This document shows, in pieces, positions 1 through 9,375 of a stretch of 64,000 nt of DNA (its first letter is position 1; every line of letters starts with the position of its first letter). The stretch covers positions 17,747-81,746 of the forward strand of contig CANLIE010000001.1 of assembly GCA_947491225.1 (NCBI GenBank), written 5' to 3'. This DNA comes from an uncultured Cellulophaga sp. Its GTDB lineage: Bacteria > Bacteroidota > Bacteroidia > Flavobacteriales > Flavobacteriaceae. The translations under genes and the position numbers were made by a program. Below the pieces are notes generated by a model that searched no databases, was not told the DNA's origin, and saw only the letters and a program-made list of their open reading frames with translations.

Positions 1-2
1 TT

Positions 3-176
3 ATATATCCTGTAAAATGGACAGATGATATAGAGCGCTCTTACAATTATTACCAAAAACTAGTGAAACCACTTAAAAGCAAATTACGATTTACTTCTTT
101 ATTTTATATTTTACTATTTTTGTTAGTAGCCATTGTTTCCATTGCAGTATATTTATTTACGCAAAAAATCATTTAA
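3..176 (+). CDS. 3' end of a hypothetical protein; hydrophobic C-terminal segment; partial at window edge
   Basis: Open frame from window start to TAA at 174-176; C-terminal stretch LFYILLFLLVAIVSIAVYLF is TM-like. No family recognised. Confidence 0.25.
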   Translation: MYPVKWTDDIERSYNYYQKLVKPLKSKLRFTSLFYILLFLLVAIVSIAVYLFTQKII

Positions 177-561
177 ATTTAGCAGCTATTGCTTCTGAAA
201 TTTCTTTAAACTCTTTAGCGCTCAAACTTTCCTTTTTCTTAAAAAAAGCATCTGACATACTGTTTAAAGGAATAAGGTGCACGTGTACGTGAGGGACTTC
301 TAGCCCTATGACAGAAATACCAACGCGATTACAAGGAACTACTTCTTCTATGGCCTTGCCTACTTTTCTTGAAAAAGACATAAGACCCAAATAAGTTTCC
401 TCATCCAAGTCTAAAATTTTATCTACCTCCTTTTTTGGAACACAAAGAGTATGCCCCTTAGCATTAGGATTTATATCTAAAAAAGCAAAAAAGTCATTAT
501 CCTCTGCTACTTTATAGCAAGGAATTTCTCCATTGATTATTTTAGTAAAAATAGATGCCAT
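169..561 (-). CDS. HIT (histidine triad) family hydrolase
   Basis: 130 aa; HVHVHLIP histidine-triad motif; typical HIT N-terminus (IINGEIP). Confidence 0.85.
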   Translation of the reverse strand: MASIFTKIINGEIPCYKVAEDNDFFAFLDINPNAKGHTLCVPKKEVDKILDLDEETYLGLMSFSRKVGKAIEEVVPCNRVGISVIGLEVPHVHVHLIPLNSMSDAFFKKKESLSAKEFKEISEAIAAKFK

Positions 562-1037
562 TACGCTCTTGTAATTTCCAAAATAGTAAATTTTATTTTA
601 CCATTAGGCACAGCTATTTCAGCTTCATCTCCTACTTTCTTTCCAAGCAATCCTTTTCCTATTGGTGAATTCACGGATATTTTTCCCGTTTTTAAATCAG
701 CTTCACTTTCTGCTACCAGCGTATATTTCATTTCCATACAACTCGTTTCATTTCTTAGCTTAACTGTAGATAGCACCAAAACTTTAGAAGTATCTAGTTG
801 AGATTCATCAATTATCCTAGCATTTGATACAATCTCTTCCAGTTTAGATATTTTCAATTCTAAAAGCCCTTGCGCTTCTTTAGCAGCATCATACTCAGCA
901 TTTTCAGATAAATCACCTTTATCCCTTGCTTCTCCTATAGCTTGTGATGCTTTTGGTCGCTCTATATCTTTAAGCTGATTTAGCTCTTCTTTTAACTTTT
1001 TTAAACCTTCTGCGGTATAATAAGATACGTTACTCAT
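561..1037 (-). CDS. greA: Transcription elongation factor GreA
   Basis: 158 aa; YTAEGLKKLKEEL...RPKASQAIGEARDKGDLSENAEYDAAKE is a classical GreA N-terminus; C-terminal FKBP-like domain. Confidence 0.9.
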   Translation of the reverse strand: MSNVSYYTAEGLKKLKEELNQLKDIERPKASQAIGEARDKGDLSENAEYDAAKEAQGLLELKISKLEEIVSNARIIDESQLDTSKVLVLSTVKLRNETSCMEMKYTLVAESEADLKTGKISVNSPIGKGLLGKKVGDEAEIAVPNGKIKFTILEITRA

Positions 1038-1148
1038 AACATTATCGTTTTACAAATAAGAAAATCCTCCAATTTCTAGAGGATTATATACAAATATACA
1101 TAATTTTTGCTCACATTTGCTGTTAGTATAAGAACTAAGATATTTATT

Positions 1149-1592
1149 ATGAAACCTCTCTTTTACATTTTTACTATTTTTTTACTATTTTCCTGTAGTA
1201 CGGATCGTAGCAATAGAAATCCTTATTTACAAGATATAGGTTTTAGAATAGACCTAAACCTAAATTTACCTTCTTATAGTGCTTTAAAAAATACGGGGAA
1301 TGGTGTATATGTTGATAGCCAAGGTGTAGGAACGCGGGGGATTTTTGTAATAAATACAGGGTTTAACAGTTTTATGGCTTTTGAAGCCAGTTGCCCTAAT
1401 CATAAACCAAATTCTTGCTCTACAATGATTATGGATGAAGATAAGCAAAATGTAACGTGTTCTTGCGATGATTATAAATACAATCTATTTACTGGACAAT
1501 TTTTAAACAGGCCAGAAGATGGAGAAAAATATCATGATATGTTATTTTACAGTGCTACAATAAACGGAAACGTAGTAACAGTAAGAAATTAA
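1149..1592 (+). CDS. Hypothetical Cys-rich lipoprotein
   Basis: Start taken at internal MKPLFYIF. Lipobox LFSC. Cys cluster CPNHKPNSC...CSCDDYKY, weakly Rieske-like. No firm family. Confidence 0.45.
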   Translation: MKPLFYIFTIFLLFSCSTDRSNRNPYLQDIGFRIDLNLNLPSYSALKNTGNGVYVDSQGVGTRGIFVINTGFNSFMAFEASCPNHKPNSCSTMIMDEDKQNVTCSCDDYKYNLFTGQFLNRPEDGEKYHDMLFYSATINGNVVTVRN

Positions 1593-1649
1593 AAGGGCAA
1601 GTCAAAAATATAAGACCCACCCTTTCTTTAAACATGGTTAGTGTTTATC

Positions 1650-3893
1650 TTAAAAATTTAAAGTTGCTCCTAATAAGAAATTAATACCTGCTTGGGGGTA
1701 ATAACCTTGAACCTCAAAAGAACTAGGGCCTGACCAACTATCTACATAAACATACCCGTTAGAAACATATTTTTTATTAAAAACATTATTTACCAATCCG
1801 GAGAATACAATTGATTTAAAAACTTTATTAAAATTAATTTCATAAGCAACATTAAAATCATTTACAAAATAACTCTCTAATCTAGATGCATCCGTATCTG
1901 TATTGCTTAGATATTGTTCTCCTACAAATTTAGACAGAAAAGACAATTGCACATAGTTATTTGGCTTATAGGTAAAAATGTTACTTGCTACTAAATTGGG
2001 TGAATATGCAATATTAGTATTTCCTAAATCTTGTAGCTCTCCGTCTCTATCTGTAAAAAAATCTTTGTTCTTATTACTACTTACAGCAATATTTGGTCTT
2101 ATTGAAAAATGATTATTAAAAATAATATTAGCATCAATTTCCATTCCCAAGCGATAACTATCACCTACATTTTTTCGTAATGGTGCTCCAACATCATTTA
2201 ACTCACCTGTAACAACTAACTGGTTTTTATACCCCATATAATACAGGTTTGTATTTACTTGTACAACAGAAGTTACATAACGCCAACCCAACTCATAGTC
2301 GTTTAACTTTTCTGGTTTAGGATTACCACTTTCATAATCGTTTCTATTAGGCTCTCTGTTTGCTACTGCAAAAGATGCATAAAAATTATTGTTTTTATTT
2401 AAGTTAAAAGTTACACCTGCTTTTGGATTAAAAAAGTTAAATGTATCATCTACCAAGCCAGTATCATCTCCGTTAGCTTTGTAACCAACTCTTCTGTATT
2501 GTAAATCTCCAAAAAGACTCCATTTATTGTTTAATTGGTAATTTAATTTTCCGTAAATGTTAAAATCTGTTTTTTTAGAATTATCAGTATAATATTTATC
2601 ATTATACGCATTTATATGCTCAGCCCAAATAACTTCTCCAAAATGATCTCCTTTATAGGTATTCCATCCGCCACCTAAAATAAAGTTTACAGTATTGTTG
2701 GTATAATTAGCAGAAAAAGTTGTTCCATAAAAATCATTGTCCAACCACTTTCGTCTAATGAGATCCATAGAATTAACCTCTTCTCCATTTACAGTAATGG
2801 GCGCATATCCATAACTCGCAAAATCAGCCTCGTCTCTATACTGCTCATAAAAGCCTCTTCCGTTAGTATAATGAATAGCTAAATTTGTTGCCCAATTTTC
2901 AGATACTTTTTCATTCCATAACAACTGAAAATGATCTTGTTTATAGTTATCTTCTTCATTTTCATAAAATTTTTCAATACCATTAACATCAGTATATTTC
3001 CCAACAGGGTTATACGTTCTGTTTTCTTTTAATGTTTGCTTATCTATGCCATCCCAAGATTGATAAGTAATTTCATGCCCTCCAAACAACAATGCCTTAA
3101 TTAGAGTGTTGTCATCTACATAAGCCGCTTGCAAAAAGTAAGAATCTAAGTCAGACGATGCTCTATCTACATAACCATCTGATATAATTCTAGATAACCT
3201 TCCTGAAATTTCAATATGGTTATTTAATAAACCTGTACTAAATTTCAAGTTATTCTTCATAGTTTTAAAACTACCTATAGATGTAGACACTTGCCCATAA
3301 GCCTTACTAGCAATTGCATCTGTCAAGATATTTAAGCTAGCACCAAAAGCACCAGATCCGTTAGTTGATGTTCCTACACCACGTTGCAACTGCAAACTCT
3401 CTGTAGAAGATGCAAAATCTGGCATATTTACCCAAAATGTACCGTGAGATTCCGCATCGTTATAGGGTATACCATTGATGGTAACATTTACACGTGTAGC
3501 ATCTGTACCACGAACTCTAATACCTGTGTAACCCACTCCTGCACCAGCATCTGAAGTTGTGACAACAGATGGTAAAAAATTCATTAGAATAGGAATATCT
3601 TGTCCTAAGTTTCTATTTTTAATTTGTTCTTTTGTTAAGTTAGAAAAAGTTACTGGAGACTGTTTAGTCACACGAACACCAGACACCAAAACCTCATCCA
3701 ATACAATTTTTTTCCCTTCCAAAGAATCTATAGCTTGTTTTTGCTGGGCAAAGCTTGATATTATCAATCCAAATATGGTAAAAATTGTGAATACAGTTTT
3801 AATACAGTTTTCTCTATTGTTTTTTAATGGTTGCTCTAAACCACTTTTTTGTTTGGTAGTTTTTAAAGAAATAATTAGATGAAGCGGTTTCAT
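1650..3893 (-). CDS. TonB-dependent outer-membrane receptor, apparently TPP-riboswitch controlled (OMthi-like)
   Basis: 747 aa; plug region DEVLVSGVR; C-terminal beta-barrel ending in F. TPP riboswitch lies directly upstream on the same strand. True start is uncertain: the hydrophobic signal peptide begins about 30 aa into the ORF with no canonical start nearby. Confidence 0.8.
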   Translation of the reverse strand: MKPLHLIISLKTTKQKSGLEQPLKNNRENCIKTVFTIFTIFGLIISSFAQQKQAIDSLEGKKIVLDEVLVSGVRVTKQSPVTFSNLTKEQIKNRNLGQDIPILMNFLPSVVTTSDAGAGVGYTGIRVRGTDATRVNVTINGIPYNDAESHGTFWVNMPDFASSTESLQLQRGVGTSTNGSGAFGASLNILTDAIASKAYGQVSTSIGSFKTMKNNLKFSTGLLNNHIEISGRLSRIISDGYVDRASSDLDSYFLQAAYVDDNTLIKALLFGGHEITYQSWDGIDKQTLKENRTYNPVGKYTDVNGIEKFYENEEDNYKQDHFQLLWNEKVSENWATNLAIHYTNGRGFYEQYRDEADFASYGYAPITVNGEEVNSMDLIRRKWLDNDFYGTTFSANYTNNTVNFILGGGWNTYKGDHFGEVIWAEHINAYNDKYYTDNSKKTDFNIYGKLNYQLNNKWSLFGDLQYRRVGYKANGDDTGLVDDTFNFFNPKAGVTFNLNKNNNFYASFAVANREPNRNDYESGNPKPEKLNDYELGWRYVTSVVQVNTNLYYMGYKNQLVVTGELNDVGAPLRKNVGDSYRLGMEIDANIIFNNHFSIRPNIAVSSNKNKDFFTDRDGELQDLGNTNIAYSPNLVASNIFTYKPNNYVQLSFLSKFVGEQYLSNTDTDASRLESYFVNDFNVAYEINFNKVFKSIVFSGLVNNVFNKKYVSNGYVYVDSWSGPSSFEVQGYYPQAGINFLLGATLNF

Positions 3894-4049
3894 TCGTTAT
3901 AGTGTTACGAATAAAAAGGGTTATTATTCTTGTTAAAATCTAGTTATAGAGTGGCATACTCTTTAAATTATTGCCTTTTTAGTATTGCCAGTAAAATAAA
4001 ACCAACGCTACCTTTATAACCTATGTTTTATATGAGTATTCATATAAAA

Positions 4050-4140
4050 TTTCCCTTGGCAGCATTACCTGCCCAGGTTCTTTGGGTATAATCTCAGCCT
4101 AATTTATTAGACACCCCTTTGAGATGGGCGCAAATGTATA
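4050..4140 (-). promoter_or_regulatory. TPP (thiamin pyrophosphate) riboswitch aptamer
   Basis: Minus strand reads ...AGGGGTGTCTAATAAATTAGGCTGAGATTATACCCAAAGAACCTGGGCAGGTAATGCTGCCAAGGGAA. It matches the conserved THI-element blocks (GGGGTGC, GCTGAGA, ACCC...GAACCTGATCTGG.TAATGCCAGCGTAGGGAA). Sits about 150 nt upstream of the TonB-dependent receptor. Confidence 0.75.
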
Positions 4141-4249
4141 ACTCCCCTTCTATTATTCATAAAAAAAAGACAAATTTATTGAGCTAGTAATTTAAAAAAT
4201 ATTATAAAATTAGTTTTTGCGGATGATATAAAAAACGAAAATGCATTAA

Positions 4250-6352
4250 TTAGTTTGTTTGGTGTGCTGGTTTTAATAAATCATTCACTGTTTTTACAGG
4301 ATTAAAAGTAATAAGAGGCACTTCTACAAAAATTGTATTCCAAAAAGCCATAGCTCCATTCCACAAGCCAGGTGTTTCCAAGGCTTTTAAGGCTTTACCT
4401 TCTTTTGTCTTTTCAGTAATAAAACCTTGCTTGTAATTTACAAAATTTAGTAAATCATATTTTTCTCCTTTATAATTTTTTACTCCGCAAACCAAGTCTA
4501 CTGGGTTAAAATGGGTTGCATTTTGTAAAATTTTAGATTGATTTTTATTTGACTTGTCTATTTGCGCAGATTCTATAATTTGTAATGAAACATTTTCCTG
4601 ATAATCTCTTATCCAAAAAGGGCCTCCTCCTGGCTCACCTTCGTTTTTAACCATACCACAAACCCTAATTGGTCTATTAAGCTTATCTTTTAAAATAGCT
4701 TTTTGCTCCTGCATTCCTAAATGAGTAAATCCATTTTTAAACTTAGAATTAAGTTCTTCTTTTAGAAACGCTTTTATTTCATTAATAATTTCATCTGAAA
4801 CTTCTTCTAAGTTTAATAGTTCTGCATATTTAAAAGCCTTGGACTGCACTTTTATCAGAAAGCCAGCTAATACTTTTTTACTATTGGCAACTATATCCAA
4901 ATGTTCAGAAACAACAACGTTATCTATGTTTTTTATGAAAATAATATCTGCGTCCTGTTCGTTTAAATTTTCTATTAAAGCTCCATGTCCGCTTGGTCTA
5001 AACAACAAGCTATTGTCTTCTAATCTAAATAGATTGTTTTCTAAATCTACAGCTACAGTATCCGTCTCTGATTTTTGATAAGAATAATCTACTTGAAAAA
5101 TAGTATTGGTTTCTTTTCCTATTTTATCTGCTACAGCATTATATTCTTTTACAAACATTTCTTTATGTTGTTCAGAAATGGTAAAGTGAAGCCTTGCCTT
5201 TCCTCTTGTTTTAGTATAAAGAGATGCCTCTTTTAGATGCTCTGCAAAAGGAGTTAAAATCTCTTTTTCATATTTATGAAAAGGCAACAATCCTTTTGGG
5301 TAAAAACCATAATCTAGTTTATCACTAGATAGTAGCTCAGATACAAAAGCATATAATTCTTCTCCCTTAGATTTAAAATTATCTCCTATTTTTTCCTTTA
5401 CCTGAGTATAAAAAGGAAAATCTTTTAGACCATTTGCAAATACATCCATTGCAGCATCTTTTGTTGATTCTAAATATGCCTCTAAACTTTGCTTTTTTGA
5501 GTTATATGCACCTAAAAAATTGAACAATGCTTTAAACATTCTGGATGCAGCTCCAGATGCAGGCACAAATTTCAGCAAGTTTTTATCTTTGCTTTGGGCT
5601 TCAAAAAGAGTAATAAATTCTTGTTGCTCCTTTTCAGAAAATCTTAAAATTCCATCAGAAACAATAGCAGCCTTAGATAAATTTACAAACTGAATTCCTT
5701 CTTTAAAGGTTTCTATTTGTTCTAAAACTTTCTCTTTTGAAATTCCCTTTACTTCTAGTTGTTTTAAATCTTGTTTTGAAAAATTCATTTTTTCTTTTAA
5801 TATTTTATCAATATGATCAACAGCAGTTGCCAATCTAGTTTTTTTACTTCCTTTTAAAACAACAAAATTACGATTGTATTTTATTAATGTGTTTTTAAAA
5901 TAATTAAACATTTCTTCTCGCTCGCCTGGCTTATCTCTTAAATCATCTGCTTCCCAAGGAACATCTATATATGTCAATAAATATAAGTCATACGAGTTTT
6001 CTAATGCATATCTTTCTAAAATTGGGTCACAATTTCCAACATAATAAGCCTCAGAATACACTTTGGTTTCTAGTAAATCTGTATCGCAAATAAGTACTTT
6101 TGTAGCCTTTTTACTTAGTTTGTTTTCCAATTTTATTTGACCTTCTGCTATTGGCAAAAGATCTTTTGGTTCACAGGTCTTGCGTTCGTTATTCCATTTG
6201 TTCTGTAGATATTCACGGGCATACTCTGGCACCCAAACAGAATTATAATGTCTAGCCAATTGTTCAGATAATGTTGTTTTTCCTGTAGACTCTGGCCCAA
6301 ACAAAACTACTTTAACAATGTCTGTGGACTCTTGCCTAAATTTTTCTTCCAT
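4250..6352 (-). CDS. Fusion protein: N-terminal NadR-type ribosylnicotinamide-kinase-like P-loop domain plus C-terminal DUF4301-like domain
   Basis: 700 aa. N-terminus KVVLFGPESTGKTTLSEQLARHYNSVWVPEYAREYL...ICDTDLLETKVY...VPWEADDLRD aligns with the E. coli NadR RNK domain (Walker A, IDTD, W..DGLR). The C-terminal ~500 aa has no recognised catalytic motif. Confidence 0.7.
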   Translation of the reverse strand: MEEKFRQESTDIVKVVLFGPESTGKTTLSEQLARHYNSVWVPEYAREYLQNKWNNERKTCEPKDLLPIAEGQIKLENKLSKKATKVLICDTDLLETKVYSEAYYVGNCDPILERYALENSYDLYLLTYIDVPWEADDLRDKPGEREEMFNYFKNTLIKYNRNFVVLKGSKKTRLATAVDHIDKILKEKMNFSKQDLKQLEVKGISKEKVLEQIETFKEGIQFVNLSKAAIVSDGILRFSEKEQQEFITLFEAQSKDKNLLKFVPASGAASRMFKALFNFLGAYNSKKQSLEAYLESTKDAAMDVFANGLKDFPFYTQVKEKIGDNFKSKGEELYAFVSELLSSDKLDYGFYPKGLLPFHKYEKEILTPFAEHLKEASLYTKTRGKARLHFTISEQHKEMFVKEYNAVADKIGKETNTIFQVDYSYQKSETDTVAVDLENNLFRLEDNSLLFRPSGHGALIENLNEQDADIIFIKNIDNVVVSEHLDIVANSKKVLAGFLIKVQSKAFKYAELLNLEEVSDEIINEIKAFLKEELNSKFKNGFTHLGMQEQKAILKDKLNRPIRVCGMVKNEGEPGGGPFWIRDYQENVSLQIIESAQIDKSNKNQSKILQNATHFNPVDLVCGVKNYKGEKYDLLNFVNYKQGFITEKTKEGKALKALETPGLWNGAMAFWNTIFVEVPLITFNPVKTVNDLLKPAHQTN

Positions 6353-6969
6353 ACAATGTAACCTAATATTGCTATTATTGTAAATATGAAATATTGCAAA
6401 GCGCTAAACACAAGCCCTTTATATAAATACAAAGGAACAGAAATAATGTCACCAACAATCCAATAAATCCAATTTTCTATTTTTTTCTTTGCCATTAACC
6501 ACATACCTACAAAGAAAATTGCAGTTGTAACGGTATCTACATAAGCTGTCCAGTTATCAAACTTATCAAAAACCACGTAAACGAAGCAAACAAAAACAAT
6601 GGTTCCAATAAATAAAATCAATGACCATTTTTTCTCGGTCATAGTTGTTTTTGTTATTGGTATAAAATGAGATGCATCTACTTTTCTTGTCCATAAATAC
6701 CATCCATAAATACTCATAGAAAAATAATATGCATTAATCATCATATCACCCAAAAGTTCATAAACCAACAATATGTATACAAAAATAGCGGTGCTGATTA
6801 TTCCTGTTGGGAATACTAATATATTTTCTCTTTTTGAATACAAAACACTAAGAAACCCAAAGAAAACACCTATCATTTCTAATACAATAAGGTATGTTGG
6901 AGTATTTTGATATTGAGCAAAAACCCAATCAGAAATGTGGCTCATAGGTACTCCTGTCAGATTTAACAA
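6307..6969 (-). CDS. pnuC: PnuC-family vitamin transporter (nicotinamide riboside or thiamin, PnuC/PnuT)
   Basis: 220 aa; multi-TM, Trp/Tyr-rich (GWYLWTRK, NWIYWIVGD) typical of the PnuC family. Overlaps the kinase-fusion gene by 46 nt. Confidence 0.8.
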   Translation of the reverse strand: MLNLTGVPMSHISDWVFAQYQNTPTYLIVLEMIGVFFGFLSVLYSKRENILVFPTGIISTAIFVYILLVYELLGDMMINAYYFSMSIYGWYLWTRKVDASHFIPITKTTMTEKKWSLILFIGTIVFVCFVYVVFDKFDNWTAYVDTVTTAIFFVGMWLMAKKKIENWIYWIVGDIISVPLYLYKGLVFSALQYFIFTIIAILGYIVWKKNLGKSPQTLLK

Positions 6970-7189
6970 TCTTCATATACAACAATCCTTTGTCCATTAA
7001 CTCAAAAGCTTCTTTTATTTCTGAGTTTAAAACGCTCATTACTTGGTCATATTCACCATAAACTTGAGTACTTAAAGGGTTTTCTAAAATAGTAAGCCCA
7101 GATGCTCTCAACTTTTTTATGAAATTAATGATATGCTCTTCAAAAGAATCTTGAAGTGGCGAAAAAGTAAGTTCTACTGAAATATTCAT
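6929..7189 (-). CDS. MTH1187/YkoF-family (DUF77) putative thiamin-binding protein
   Basis: Start taken at internal MNISVELTFSPL; about 86 aa. Beta-alpha-beta pattern and length resemble the MTH1187/YkoF family. Motif-level call only. Confidence 0.5.
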   Translation of the reverse strand: MNISVELTFSPLQDSFEEHIINFIKKLRASGLTILENPLSTQVYGEYDQVMSVLNSEIKEAFELMDKGLLYMKIVKSDRSTYEPHF

Positions 7190-7215
7190 TGTTATTAACT
7201 TTAGGTGAAAAACTT

Positions 7216-7848
7216 CTATTTTTTTATGGCATATACACAAGTAAAACCATCAAACTCCAAAAAATACACATAGTATGTTGTAGTATCTCCTTTGTATAAT
7301 ATTTCTGCCATTGTTTCTTGATCAAGAAAAGAAAAATCCTTTACATCTATATGATATAAAAAACTTAACCCTTTTTGTGCATAAATTTTATAAAGCGATT
7401 CCTTAGCACCCCAAACTATGGTAAGTTTACGGGTTAAAGCATCTGAATTTGCTATGGTCTTATACTCTTCTATTGGTGTAAATTTATGTGCTATTTTCAA
7501 GATTTTATCACGTTGCATCTCAATATCAATACCAACTTCATTAGCTTTACTTATGATAATTCCAGAAAAGTGATGCGAATGTGTAATGGATATAAAATTA
7601 CCATCTTTTAAATGTGGTTTTCCTACTTCATCGTAAAACAAATCAAAATCTGTATACCCAGCTTCCAATAGTAAATGCCTTATACTTAAAAAACCCTTTC
7701 TATGCATTTCAGATTTCATTCCTTCAAATCTATTTTTGCAATGTTGTGTAAGCTCAATATTAAATGCCAATTCTGCTTCTAACTCCTTTATCTTCCAAAT
7801 ATAAATTTTAGTGGTGTTGTTAACTGTTATTGTTTTGTAAAGAGGCAT
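7216..7848 (-). CDS. 4'-phosphopantetheinyl transferase superfamily protein
   Basis: 210 aa; GKPHL...ISITHS...GIDIE and C-terminal WGAKESLYK (W..KEA..K) PPTase motifs. Confidence 0.75.
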   Translation of the reverse strand: MPLYKTITVNNTTKIYIWKIKELEAELAFNIELTQHCKNRFEGMKSEMHRKGFLSIRHLLLEAGYTDFDLFYDEVGKPHLKDGNFISITHSHHFSGIIISKANEVGIDIEMQRDKILKIAHKFTPIEEYKTIANSDALTRKLTIVWGAKESLYKIYAQKGLSFLYHIDVKDFSFLDQETMAEILYKGDTTTYYVYFLEFDGFTCVYAIKK

Positions 7849-7973
7849 AAGGTTATTATAAGATTAGTATCTTTGCACTGCCCAAGGCAAGTGAAACATT
7901 TGGTAAGCGAATTTAACTATTTAAGCACCAATCCCAAAGTGTTTCCTTTTATTAAAATTAAGAAAAAGAAAGA

Positions 7974-9290
7974 ATGAGTACAAAGACTATTACTTACGTA
8001 CCAAATAAGGTAAAAGATATTTCCCTAGCAGCATGGGGAAGAAAAGAAATTGAACTAGCTGAAGCTGAAATGCCAGGACTAATGTCTTTACGGGAAGAGT
8101 ACAAAGATTCTCAACCTTTAAAAGGCGCCAGAATTGCTGGCTGCTTGCATATGACAATACAAACTGCGGTTTTAATTGAAACATTACAAGCCCTTGGTGC
8201 AGAAGTAACCTGGAGTTCATGTAACATTTTTTCTACACAAGACCAGGCGGCAGCGGCTATAGCTGCAACTGGCACTGCCGTGTATGCGTGGAAGGATATG
8301 ACAGAGGAAGAATTTGATTGGTGTATTGAACAAACATTGTTTTTTGGAGAAGATAGAAAGCCTTTAAATATGATTTTAGATGATGGTGGAGACTTAACAA
8401 ATATGGTCTTAGACAAATACCCAGAATTAGCTTCTGGAATTAACGGTCTGTCTGAAGAAACTACTACAGGAGTTCACAGATTATATGAGCGTGTAAAAAA
8501 CGGAACTTTACCAATGCCTGCAATTAACGTTAATGATTCAGTAACAAAATCTAAATTTGACAATAAATACGGCTGTAAGGAATCTGCTGTTGACGCCATA
8601 CGCCGTGCAACAGACCTTATGTTAGCCGGTAAACGTGTAACTGTTTGTGGCTATGGCGATGTTGGTAAAGGTACCGCAGCATCTTTTAAAGGCGCAGGGA
8701 GTATTGTAACCGTTACAGAAATAGATCCTATTTGTGCATTACAAGCTGCTATGGACGGCTTTGAAGTTAAAAAACTAGAAACTGTTATTGGTAACACAGA
8801 TATTGTAATTACTACTACTGGAAATAAAGATATTGTACAAGGGCGCCATTTTGAAGCAATGAAAGACAAAACAATAGTTTGTAACATTGGACATTTTGAC
8901 AATGAGATTGATATGGCTTGGTTAAACAAGAATTACGGCAACACAAAAGACACTATTAAGCCTCAGGTTGATAAATATACTATTGACGGAAAAGACATTA
9001 TTATTCTTGCTGAAGGACGTTTAGTTAACTTAGGTTGTGCAACTGGTCACCCAAGTTTTGTAATGAGTAACTCATTCACTAACCAAACCTTAGCACAAAT
9101 AGAACTTTGGACAAACGCTGATGCTTACAAAAATGAAGTCTATATGCTACCTAAAGCATTGGATGAAAAAGTAGCAAAATTACACTTAGCAAAAATTGGC
9201 GTAGAGCTTACAGAGCTCCGTGAAGAACAAGCAAGTTATATTGGTGTTACTGTTGATGGTCCATATAAGCCAGAACATTACAGATACTAA
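7974..9290 (+). CDS. ahcY: Adenosylhomocysteinase
   Basis: 438 aa; canonical SAH hydrolase N-terminus ([23 protein letters not shown]) and NAD-binding GYGDVGKG. Confidence 0.95.
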   Translation: MSTKTITYVPNKVKDISLAAWGRKEIELAEAEMPGLMSLREEYKDSQPLKGARIAGCLHMTIQTAVLIETLQALGAEVTWSSCNIFSTQDQAAAAIAATGTAVYAWKDMTEEEFDWCIEQTLFFGEDRKPLNMILDDGGDLTNMVLDKYPELASGINGLSEETTTGVHRLYERVKNGTLPMPAINVNDSVTKSKFDNKYGCKESAVDAIRRATDLMLAGKRVTVCGYGDVGKGTAASFKGAGSIVTVTEIDPICALQAAMDGFEVKKLETVIGNTDIVITTTGNKDIVQGRHFEAMKDKTIVCNIGHFDNEIDMAWLNKNYGNTKDTIKPQVDKYTIDGKDIIILAEGRLVNLGCATGHPSFVMSNSFTNQTLAQIELWTNADAYKNEVYMLPKALDEKVAKLHLAKIGVELTELREEQASYIGVTVDGPYKPEHYRY

Positions 9291-9375
9291 TTAATAACAC
9301 ATAAAAGAGACAACTCTTTTCCTTTTATACCTATCAGGAAAAGAGTGTTTTTTATATAACCTAGAACAACATATA

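Noticed and set aside
3559-3882. 107-aa plus-strand ORF
   Set aside because: Antisense inside the TonB-dependent receptor coding region; spurious.
7849-7973. Possible SAH riboswitch upstream of ahcY
   Set aside because: The sequence is AT-rich and lacks the GC-rich conserved SAH-element cores; no convincing pseudoknot-forming blocks seen.
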